A DNA stretch of 57,438 nucleotides from Bacteroidota bacterium. GTDB lineage: Bacteria > Bacteroidota > Bacteroidia > AKYH767-A > OLB10. The stretch covers positions 1 through 57,438 of the forward strand of contig JBJTMY010000265.1 in assembly GCA_046073825.1 (NCBI GenBank). The letters are read 5' to 3'. Shown here in pieces: positions 1-8,002 of this stretch. The stretch's first letter is position 1; each line of letters starts with the position of its first letter. Both the position numbers and the translations under genes were made by a program. The notes below the pieces were generated by a model, which saw only the letters and a program-made list of their open reading frames with translations, searched no databases and had not been told where the DNA came from.

Positions 1-1786
1 GTTTGAAGAATTTACAAGTGAAAACTGTGGCCCGTGCGCTGCAACCAATGGACCTTTAAATGCACTACTTAATTCAAATGCCAATGAGGTAGTATCTATC
101 AAATATCAAAATACTATTCCTTCACCTGGACCACTATACAATCATAATCCAACGGATGTAGGTGCCCGAATGACCTATTATTCGAACAGTTACTCTCCGA
201 ATGGTATTCTTGATGGAAACGTTTATAATGACCAACCTGCTTCATTAACCCAAGCAGATATCAGTAATCGTTATGCTGTTACTTCTCCATTTACTGTAGA
301 TATCACACATGCTATTAATGGTACGGATGTAAACGTTACAGCTGTAGTTAAAATGACAGGAAGCGTTTCTACAACTGGTTTATTAGCTCGCTTTGCAATA
401 ATTGAAAGAAATATTTATTTCACTACTGCACCTGGATCAAATGGTGAAAAGCACTTTGAGGGTGTTATGGTAAAAATGTTGCCTGATGCTAACGGTACTG
501 CATTACCATCAACAATGGTTCAAGGGGATTCAGTAGTTTATAACTTCACTTGGACAATGGCAAATGTATATGACCAAAATCAAATTGCGGTTGTTGGTTT
601 TGTACAAGATGATGCAACAAAAGAAGTTCATCAAGCAGGATATAGTCGTACATTAATTCAAAATGATGCTGGAATTACCGCTAATCAATTGACGTATTTA
701 AATTGTGATAGCGTAGTTGCTCCAACTGTTACGGTTTACAATTATGGGGTAGCAGATATTAATTCATTAGATATTCTTTATAAAGTAGATGCTGGTAGCT
801 ATCAAACTTTTAGCTGGACAGGAAACATTCCATCAGGAGGAACTGCTCAAATTACATTACCTGCAATCACCTTAGCCGTTGGTTCGCATACGATAACGAC
901 TGCAACTTCTAACCCGAATGCTTCAACAGATCAAGACACGCATAATGACTCTTACGTGACGCCTGTTTTAATTGCTGCTGCTCCTATTGCAACGCCAATT
1001 ATTCAAGGATTTACAACTGGCGCTTTCCCTCCTGCTGGATGGGCACGTTATAACCCTGATGCAGGATATACTTGGACGCGTGTTGCTTCAGGTGCTGCAG
1101 GAACAAACGGTTCAGCAAAAATTGACTATTACAACTCTGTTGGAGGTCAAATAGACGAATTGTTTTTGCCTCCATTCTCTTTAGTTGGAGCAAACAACGC
1201 ATACCTTACATTCTATGTTGCAAAAGCAAGATATAGTGCTGCCTATAATGATGAATTAGATTTTAACGCAACAACAGATTGTGGAACAACGTGGAGCCAA
1301 CTTTGGGGGAAAACAGATGATTTAGGATTAACCACTAACACTACTGCTCAAACTAATGCATGGACACCAGTAGCTGGATCAACAACAGATTGGAGATTAG
1401 AAACAGTTGATCTTTCCTCTTTATTAGGGCAAAGCGATATCATTGCTAAGTTTACTGCTATCAGTGGATATGGAAACAACGGATACATTGATGATATTAA
1501 TATTACTCAAAATGTTGGTGTTGGTGAAAATGCTGTGAATGAAACAATCAGTATTTATCCTATACCTAGTGCTGGCAATGTTAGCCTAACACTAAATAAT
1601 TTAAAGGCAACTACGTTTACACTATCTGTTACCGATCTTGCAGGAAAAGTAATTTCAAGAACAGAAAATGTTGCTAATAATGGAAATTTATCTGTTGATT
1701 TATCAAGCTATGAAAATGGATCGTATTTAATCAGCATTGAAACTCCTGGTCAAAAAATTATTAAAAAAGTAATTTTAGACAAATAA
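1..1786 (+). CDS. 5'-truncated Omp28-like thioredoxin-fold protein with CARDB/Ig-like domain, jelly-roll (choice-of-anchor J/MAM-like) module and T9SS type A C-terminal domain
   Basis: The frame of ORF 170..1786 is open back to base 2 and reads FEEFTSENCGPC (Omp28-type EEFT..CxxC). Later HFEGVMVKMLP...VVGFVQD...EVHQA matches the Omp28 C-terminal part. It ends IYPIPS...GSYLISI...KKVILDK, a T9SS CTD. The true start lies upstream of the window. Confidence 0.85.
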   Translation, partial: FEEFTSENCGPCAATNGPLNALLNSNANEVVSIKYQNTIPSPGPLYNHNPTDVGARMTYYSNSYSPNGILDGNVYNDQPASLTQADISNRYAVTSPFTVDITHAINGTDVNVTAVVKMTGSVSTTGLLARFAIIERNIYFTTAPGSNGEKHFEGVMVKMLPDANGTALPSTMVQGDSVVYNFTWTMANVYDQNQIAVVGFVQDDATKEVHQAGYSRTLIQNDAGITANQLTYLNCDSVVAPTVTVYNYGVADINSLDILYKVDAGSYQTFSWTGNIPSGGTAQITLPAITLAVGSHTITTATSNPNASTDQDTHNDSYVTPVLIAAAPIATPIIQGFTTGAFPPAGWARYNPDAGYTWTRVASGAAGTNGSAKIDYYNSVGGQIDELFLPPFSLVGANNAYLTFYVAKARYSAAYNDELDFNATTDCGTTWSQLWGKTDDLGLTTNTTAQTNAWTPVAGSTTDWRLETVDLSSLLGQSDIIAKFTAISGYGNNGYIDDINITQNVGVGENAVNETISIYPIPSAGNVSLTLNNLKATTFTLSVTDLAGKVISRTENVANNGNLSVDLSSYENGSYLISIETPGQKIIKKVILDK

Positions 1787-1800
1787 TAACGTTCAATTTG

Positions 1801-1830
1801 GAAAGGCTCAATTGTGTTGGGTCTTTCTTT
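1801..1830 (+). terminator. Intrinsic terminator-like hairpin
   Basis: GAAAGGCTCAA-TTGTG-TTGGGTCTTTC followed by TTT, just after the stop at 1786. Confidence 0.55.
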
Positions 1831-1841
1831 AAACAAGTAAT

Positions 1842-2348
1842 ATGAAAAAAATAATCATTTCAATCGTTGCTATTTTCTTAGGCACCTTCGCTTTCGCTCA
1901 AACTACTTCTTCTATATCAGATGTGGGACATGCCAGTGTTAAAACATTGGAGGGAAAAGAGTTCAATACTTCTTCTATCAGCAATGATGGCAAGCCATTT
2001 ATCATTGATTTTTGGGCTACATGGTGCAAACCATGTGTTGCGGAATTAGACGCTATTAATGAGGAATATGCAGAATGGCAAAAAGAAACCGGAATTAAGG
2101 TATTCGCTGTATCAATTGATGATAGTCGATCAATGAGCCGCGTGGCACCTTATGTTGCAGGAAAAGGTTGGGACTATACTATTTTATTAGACCCTAACGG
2201 TGATTTTAAAAGAGCGATGAATGTTAATTCGGTACCTCATACTTTCCTGTTTGATGGAACTGGAAAATTAGTAGCCCAGCACAATAACTACTCTGCAGGT
2301 GATGAAGACAATTTATTTGAAGAAATTAAAAAACTTTCGGGTAAATAA
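1842..2348 (+). CDS. TlpA/ResA-family thiol-disulfide oxidoreductase with signal peptide
   Basis: Signal peptide MKKIII...AFA; DFWATWCKPC active site; cis-Pro loop SVPHTFLFD. Confidence 0.92.
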   Translation: MKKIIISIVAIFLGTFAFAQTTSSISDVGHASVKTLEGKEFNTSSISNDGKPFIIDFWATWCKPCVAELDAINEEYAEWQKETGIKVFAVSIDDSRSMSRVAPYVAGKGWDYTILLDPNGDFKRAMNVNSVPHTFLFDGTGKLVAQHNNYSAGDEDNLFEEIKKLSGK

Positions 2349-2402
2349 TTCCTAATATTTAAATAAATTCGGGGACTTTACAGATTGTTAGGTTCCCGTT
2401 TT

Positions 2403-2410
2403 TATTTTTG
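2403..2410 (+). promoter_or_regulatory. Bacteroidota sigma-70 -7 element
   Basis: TATTTTTG (TAnnTTTG) 17 nt before the ATG at 2428. Confidence 0.5.
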
Positions 2411-2427
2411 CACTTTAATTAAATAAA

Positions 2428-4068
2428 ATGAATAAGAAATTACGAATTGTTGGCGTTGGGCTACTCTTAGTGCTTTTTTCTTTTAACCACTTGAATGCTC
2501 AGCAGTCACCTACGATGTCTAATTTGTCTGGTAATTTTGAGGTTAACTCTCAGTATTACCGACCAGACAGTGCGATTCTTGCACCCGATGTTCCTGAAAA
2601 ATTATTAAGTAATGGATTCTTTAATCTTAACTACGAATCCGGGAACTTTAAAGCAGGATTACGTTACGAAAGTTATTTAAATGCATTGCAAGGATTTGAC
2701 CCTAACTACCGTGGTAGTGGTATTACTTATCGCTTTGCGCAGTTCACCAAAGATGAAATTACTATTACTGCCGGTAATTTTTATGATCAGTTTGGTAATG
2801 GTTTGATTTTTCGCAGCTATGAAGAACGTGCATTAGGCGTTGATAATGCAATGGATGGATTACATATCAAGTATAATCCCTATAAAGGAGTTATACTAAA
2901 AGGATTTGTTGCTGAGCAACGTAATTTCTTTTCTAAGGGACCTGGAATAGTTCGCGGTTTTGATGGCGACCTTCAACTCAACGAATTATTTGATTCATGG
3001 GCTGACAAAAAACTTCGGCTAGGCATGGGCGGTAGTTTTGTAAGCAAATATCAGAAAGATAATGTACCAACTAGAATACTCCCTGAAAATGTTGGTGCTT
3101 ATGCATTCAGAACGAATATCGGCTATGGCAATTGGCTGATAAATGCAGAATATGCAAACAAAATTAATGATCCTTCCATCGTTAATAATTTCATTTATAA
3201 AAATGGAGAAGCGTTGTTAGTGAATATTAATTATGCGAAGAAAGGTTTTGGTGCTCAGATATCTGGTAAGCGTGTAGACAATATGAATTATCGATCAGAT
3301 AGAGGAGCCACAGGAAATAGTTTATTTATCAATTACCTACCCGCAATCAATAAACAATTAACGTATAGGCTAAGTACACTATATCCTTTTGCAACACAAC
3401 CAAACGGTGAAATGGGCGCAGCGGGTGAAATATATATTTACTGTAAACCAGGAAGCGCTTTAGGAGGAGAACATGGCACTAAATTCAGTTTATCTGCTTC
3501 TGCCGTAAACGATATTAAACGTGGACCTGTAAGTAATGATACATTAGGTTACACTTCTGATTTTTTTGCAATTGGCAACAACCGTTATTACCAAGACGCG
3601 ACTTTTGAGATGAATAAAAAGATTTCTAAGAATGATAAATTAATTCTGACGTATATCTATCAGATATATGATAAGAATGTAATTGAAGGTAAAATTGGTG
3701 AAAAGGAAGTTACAGCACATATTGGTGTAATTGATTATTTGCACAAGTTTGATTCAAAGCATAGCTTAAGAACAGAATTGCAGCATTTGGCAACTGCTGA
3801 AGACAAGAAAAATTGGGCGATGCTTTTACTCGAATACAGCGTTTCTCCGAAATGGATTATCACTGCCTTTGATGAATGGAATTATGGAAATCCTGATCCA
3901 GAACATCGCTTCCATTATTACAATGGGAGTTTGGTATATACTAAAGGACCAACACGCATTGGATTGGGCTATGCTCGTCAGCGTGCAGGATTATTATGTG
4001 TAGGAGGGGTTTGTAGATATGTGCCAGCGAGCAATGGATTTAATGTAACAGTAACAAGCAGATTTTAA
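2428..4068 (+). CDS. Outer-membrane beta-barrel protein, DUF6029-like
   Basis: Signal peptide, amphipathic beta-strand pattern, GNFYDQFGNGLIFRSYEERALGVDNA segment, C-terminal GLLCVGGVCRYVPASNG and terminal Phe (BAM signal). The family name is from recall. Confidence 0.75.
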   Translation: MNKKLRIVGVGLLLVLFSFNHLNAQQSPTMSNLSGNFEVNSQYYRPDSAILAPDVPEKLLSNGFFNLNYESGNFKAGLRYESYLNALQGFDPNYRGSGITYRFAQFTKDEITITAGNFYDQFGNGLIFRSYEERALGVDNAMDGLHIKYNPYKGVILKGFVAEQRNFFSKGPGIVRGFDGDLQLNELFDSWADKKLRLGMGGSFVSKYQKDNVPTRILPENVGAYAFRTNIGYGNWLINAEYANKINDPSIVNNFIYKNGEALLVNINYAKKGFGAQISGKRVDNMNYRSDRGATGNSLFINYLPAINKQLTYRLSTLYPFATQPNGEMGAAGEIYIYCKPGSALGGEHGTKFSLSASAVNDIKRGPVSNDTLGYTSDFFAIGNNRYYQDATFEMNKKISKNDKLILTYIYQIYDKNVIEGKIGEKEVTAHIGVIDYLHKFDSKHSLRTELQHLATAEDKKNWAMLLLEYSVSPKWIITAFDEWNYGNPDPEHRFHYYNGSLVYTKGPTRIGLGYARQRAGLLCVGGVCRYVPASNGFNVTVTSRF

Positions 4069-4072
4069 TACC

Positions 4073-4933
4073 ATGATGAAACATATAAAATTATTTACGC
4101 TTAGCACTTCACTTATTCTAGGGGTTCTTTTCTTTGGATGTGATAAAGTAGAAGGCCCTTATGGAGTAAGTGGAAATGCAACTCCTCCAGATTCAACAGC
4201 TGATACGATTGTTCGAAAAGTTTTATTGGAAGATTTTACCGGTCATACTTGTCAGGCTTGTCCTGCCTCCCACGCCGAAGCAAAAAGATTACAAGATATT
4301 TATGGCGATCAATTAGTAGTGTTAAGTGTACATGCTGGTTTTTTTTCATGGCCACAAAACGCGCCTTTCCAGGATAACTTTCAAACGACAGAAGGAACAG
4401 CTATTGCAACTGATTTTAACTTGATAAACTTATCATTCCCAAAAGGGATGATTAATCGACTATATAAACAATCAAGTGCTGCGCAATATATTTTTGACTG
4501 GCCTGACTGGGAAACTACAATTGATACCATATTACAGCGTCCTGCGGATGCTTGGTTAGCTATTACTAATTCATTTAATACCGCTGATAGCATGATGACG
4601 ACATCGGTGAATGTTAAAATGATTAATAACTATCCAAATCCCGTAAATCTAGCCGTGTATTTTGCAGAAGATAGTATAGTGGCGCCCCAAAAAAATGGGT
4701 CTGTAGATGTTTTAAACTACGTGCATCGTCACATGCTAAGAGGATCCTTTTCTGGCACCTATGGAGAAACGATTGCTAGCGTAGGAATTGCTGGGCAAGA
4801 ATTGAATAGGAACTACAGCTATAAACTAAAACCATCCACTGCAAATGTGAATCAGGTTTATATTTATGCTTTGCTGTTTGATAACGTGACCAAGGAAATA
4901 ATTCAAGTGGAAGAAAAAAAGCTGATTCCATAA
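4073..4933 (+). CDS. Omp28-family outer-membrane lipoprotein (thioredoxin-like CxxC)
   Basis: Lipobox FFGC followed by DKVE; RKVLLEDFTGHTCQACP; YVHRHMLR motif. Confidence 0.88.
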   Translation: MMKHIKLFTLSTSLILGVLFFGCDKVEGPYGVSGNATPPDSTADTIVRKVLLEDFTGHTCQACPASHAEAKRLQDIYGDQLVVLSVHAGFFSWPQNAPFQDNFQTTEGTAIATDFNLINLSFPKGMINRLYKQSSAAQYIFDWPDWETTIDTILQRPADAWLAITNSFNTADSMMTTSVNVKMINNYPNPVNLAVYFAEDSIVAPQKNGSVDVLNYVHRHMLRGSFSGTYGETIASVGIAGQELNRNYSYKLKPSTANVNQVYIYALLFDNVTKEIIQVEEKKLIP

Positions 4934-4951
4934 TTATATAAAATACTAAGT

Positions 4952-4982
4952 AAAGCCTCTTCATTTGAAGGGGCTTTTTTTA
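4952..4982 (+). terminator. Intrinsic terminator
   Basis: AAAGCCTCTTCA-TT-TGAAGGGGCTTT followed by a T run, after the stop at 4933. Confidence 0.8.
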
Positions 4983-5091
4983 TCACTAACAATTACCTGT
5001 TAATTGCTAAACGTTTGTAAACGGATAATCATTTTATGCAGATGTATTTTTGACTCATCAATTTAAATATCCTTTCAAAAAAACAAACAAA

Positions 5092-5547
5092 ATGAAAAAA
5101 CAAATCTTAACACTTGTTATGCTGATAGCAAGCATGAACATGTTGCCAGCTAAGGCTGAAAAGTTGAATCAAGGTACAACTTGTATTCGTCCACCCAAAA
5201 TTCACATTGTTATTGTATTTGGCAAACCCAAGTACGACTGTGAAGTATATCCGGGCATGTGTGTATTTCTATATGGCACATTCGATCGATCAAACCCACT
5301 TTCTGCTGGCACTTATACTTCTTACGAAGACCATGTACTTCAAATAGAAATTCAGAAAAACGAGATGAATGAAGCTTTAAGTAAACAACTTCAAGAACAT
5401 AACATATTTGACTTGGATGAATCCTTTGAAATTCCAGATGACATTAGTAGAGATTTAGGGAGTGAGGAAGGAATAACATTGTTACCTGGTCATTACGAAA
5501 TTCAAGAACTAGAAAATGCATATATATTAACTATTGGTTGTCGTTAA
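5092..5547 (+). CDS. Secreted hypothetical protein with a G-x5-C-x4-GxC motif
   Basis: ATG 5092 gives signal peptide MKKQILTLVMLIASMNMLPAKA; FGKPKYDCEVYPGMC; TATTTTTG at 5045-5052 argues against the longer TTG start. Confidence 0.7.
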   Translation: MKKQILTLVMLIASMNMLPAKAEKLNQGTTCIRPPKIHIVIVFGKPKYDCEVYPGMCVFLYGTFDRSNPLSAGTYTSYEDHVLQIEIQKNEMNEALSKQLQEHNIFDLDESFEIPDDISRDLGSEEGITLLPGHYEIQELENAYILTIGCR

Positions 5548-5643
5548 ATTGCCTTCGAGCCCGTAAGCCCGAATTTTAAAATGCCCCAGGGGGCTGAGCC
5601 CGTAAGCTCTCCCCCTCCCTTTATTGAACATAAAAAAAACAGG

Positions 5644-6246
5644 ATGAAAAACATCTTATTTATCGGACTATTTCTACTAGCTACTAGTTGTACAAAAATT
5701 TTAATACGTGCAAATGGATATAAACCTCCAAGATTTCAATCGGTAGAAAGCATTAATAATTTCGTTAGTCGCCACACTATTGACCGAAAAAAAATAGTGC
5801 TATTGAAAGACTCTTTTGAGTTAAATAAAACACTCCATCTTTTTTCGAATTCTCCGGGAATTATCATAGCTGATTCGAATTTTGCCCGACTACAATTTCA
5901 AAGCAAAAAAGAAAATTGTGCTGCACCCGTCGAAAACTTATTAATGCATTTATGTGAAATTTCTTCGAATGAGGTTTTTCACAAAGACACCAACCTCATT
6001 GCTTTAAGAAAAATAATAGAAAATAATGAAAATTACATTCAGCCATTAAATGCAAGTCACTATGTAATGGTGGTTTGGAATACCTCTATGGGAAAGAATA
6101 TTACTAAGGTTAAAGATTGGGAATCAATCGTGAACAAACAGGCTAATTGCAATGACCAATTCATCTGGATTAATGTCGATTTTAGAGCTTCTTGGTATAA
6201 AGCAAAAGCTGGCAAGCGGATTCATTACAAAGTAGAGCGTAAATAA
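5644..6246 (+). CDS. Hypothetical lipoprotein
   Basis: ATG 5644 gives MKNILFIGLFLLATSC (lipobox). The upstream ORF extension runs through a GC-rich hairpin and is unlikely to be coding. Confidence 0.7.
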   Translation: MKNILFIGLFLLATSCTKILIRANGYKPPRFQSVESINNFVSRHTIDRKKIVLLKDSFELNKTLHLFSNSPGIIIADSNFARLQFQSKKENCAAPVENLLMHLCEISSNEVFHKDTNLIALRKIIENNENYIQPLNASHYVMVVWNTSMGKNITKVKDWESIVNKQANCNDQFIWINVDFRASWYKAKAGKRIHYKVERK

Positions 6247-6307
6247 TTGATTTTGTTTTTCTGAACTATTTTAAACGGAAGTTGTTTCATAAATTAAGTG
6301 TAAATTT

Positions 6308-6315
6308 TACCTTTG
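6308..6315 (+). promoter_or_regulatory. -7 promoter element
   Basis: TACCTTTG upstream of ATG 6355. Confidence 0.6.
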
Positions 6316-6354
6316 CGACCTGTATTTTAGCAGACTAATTTAACAATACAACTT

Positions 6355-7533
6355 ATGGCAAAAGATCGTTATCAAGCGCACGACTATTATTTAATGGACG
6401 AATTACTTACGGATGAGCATAAATTAATCCGTGATGCGGCTCGTGAATGGGTGAAGAGAGATGTATCTCCAATCATTGAAGATTATGCTCAAAAAGCGGA
6501 ATTTCCGAAGCAAATTATAAAAGGCCTTTCAGAAATTGGTGCTTTTGGTCCTTATATTCCGACGGAATATGGTGGAGGCGGATTAGACCAGATTTCTTAT
6601 GGTTTGATAATGCAAGAAATTGAAAGAGGGGATTCTGGTGTTCGTTCTACTGCGTCTGTGCAAAGTTCGTTAGTTATGTATCCTATTTACACTTTTGGTA
6701 CTGAGGAACAAAGAAAAAAATATCTGCCTAAACTAGCTTCTGGTGAATGGATGGGTTGTTTTGGATTAACAGAGCCTGATCATGGTTCGAACCCTGCAGG
6801 AATGGTCACTAATTTTAAAGATGCGGGTGATCACGTGATATTAAACGGAGCAAAAATGTGGATTTCTAACGCTCCATTTGCAGACTTGGCAGTTGTATGG
6901 GCAAAAGATGAAAATGGAGACATTCGTGGGTTAGTGGTTGAGAGAGGAATGGAAGGATTCTCCACACCAGAAACACATGGAAAATGGTCATTACGTGCAA
7001 GTGCTACCGGCGAGTTAGTGTTTGATAATGTGAAAGTGCCAAAAGAAAATATATTCCCAACCATTAAAGGATTAAAAGGTCCTTTAAGTTGTTTAAATTC
7101 TGCACGTTACGGTATTGCCTGGGGTGCTATTGGAGCAGCATTAGACTGCTATGATACGGCCTTGAGATATTGCCAAGAGCGTAAGCAATTTGGAAGACCA
7201 ATCGGCGGATTTCAATTACAGCAAAAGAAACTGGCTGAAATGATTACTGAAATCACAAAAGCACAACTACTAACTTGGCGTTTAGGGGTTTTAAAGAATG
7301 AAAACCGTGCAACTCCTGCTCAAATTTCTATGGCCAAACGCAATAATGTGAACATGGCTATTAACATTGCTAGAGAGGCTCGTCAGATGTTAGGTGGAAT
7401 GGGCATTACAGGTGAATATCCGATTATGCGTCACATGATGAACTTAGAAAGTGTCATTACTTACGAGGGCACACACGACATTCACTTACTGATTACAGGT
7501 ATGGATGTAACAGGGTTTAATGCCTTTACATAG
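6355..7533 (+). CDS. gcdH: Acyl-CoA dehydrogenase, glutaryl-CoA dehydrogenase type
   Basis: GCFGLTEPDHGSNP, NGAKMWISN, C-terminal TYEGTHDIH typical of glutaryl-CoA dehydrogenase. Confidence 0.88.
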   Translation: MAKDRYQAHDYYLMDELLTDEHKLIRDAAREWVKRDVSPIIEDYAQKAEFPKQIIKGLSEIGAFGPYIPTEYGGGGLDQISYGLIMQEIERGDSGVRSTASVQSSLVMYPIYTFGTEEQRKKYLPKLASGEWMGCFGLTEPDHGSNPAGMVTNFKDAGDHVILNGAKMWISNAPFADLAVVWAKDENGDIRGLVVERGMEGFSTPETHGKWSLRASATGELVFDNVKVPKENIFPTIKGLKGPLSCLNSARYGIAWGAIGAALDCYDTALRYCQERKQFGRPIGGFQLQQKKLAEMITEITKAQLLTWRLGVLKNENRATPAQISMAKRNNVNMAINIAREARQMLGGMGITGEYPIMRHMMNLESVITYEGTHDIHLLITGMDVTGFNAFT

Positions 7534-7646
7534 AATTTTATATTGATTTACACTAACTTATATCAAGCTAAAAAGTTTGTTGTAACTATTTAGGAATTGT
7601 TTAGTTTAAGTCGGCTGTAAATTCATTGGGATATTTATTTTTTTTA

Positions 7647-7654
7647 TAAGTTTG
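7647..7654 (+). promoter_or_regulatory. -7 promoter element of tRNA-Cys
   Basis: TAAGTTTG 14 nt upstream of the tRNA 5' end. Confidence 0.65.
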
Positions 7655-7668
7655 CCCCACAATTAAAG

Positions 7669-7739
7669 GGTCGTGTGGCCGAGCGGTTAGGCAGAGGTCT
7701 GCAAAACCTTGTACAGCGGTTCAAATCCGCTCGCGACCT
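7669..7739 (+). tRNA. tRNA-Cys (GCA)
   Basis: Acceptor stem GGTCGTG/CGCGACC, discriminator T, anticodon arm GAGGT-CTGCAAA-ACCTT, T arm AGCGG-TTCAAAT-CCGCT; CCA not encoded. Confidence 0.96.
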
Positions 7740-7740
7740 C

Positions 7741-7778
7741 AAAAAAACCTGATTGAAGAAATTCAGTCAGGTTTTTTT
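7741..7778 (+). terminator. Intrinsic terminator after tRNA
   Basis: AAAAAAACCTGATTGAA-GAAA-TTCAGTCAGGTTTTTTT. Confidence 0.85.
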
Positions 7779-8002
7779 CATTTTAAGAGATCATTAGAAT
7801 TGTTTCCGAATAAGAAAATACATGGATTTAAGCGGAAAAAACGGGGATGAATAGAAATTCCGTTTAGAAGTACCAATTAGCACTTTTTTTTACAATTCAG
7901 AGGTGAAAATAATCATCCTTTTACAAGGGAAATAAATTGATTTTTACTTACTTTGATGCCCCTTAACAACCAAAACAAAAGTTCAACCTTACTAACTAGT
8001 TT

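Noticed and set aside
1-4933. Selenocysteine or stop-codon readthrough in the redox cluster
   Set aside because: All motif cysteines are TGT/TGC and the ORFs end in TAA; no in-frame TGA was seen.
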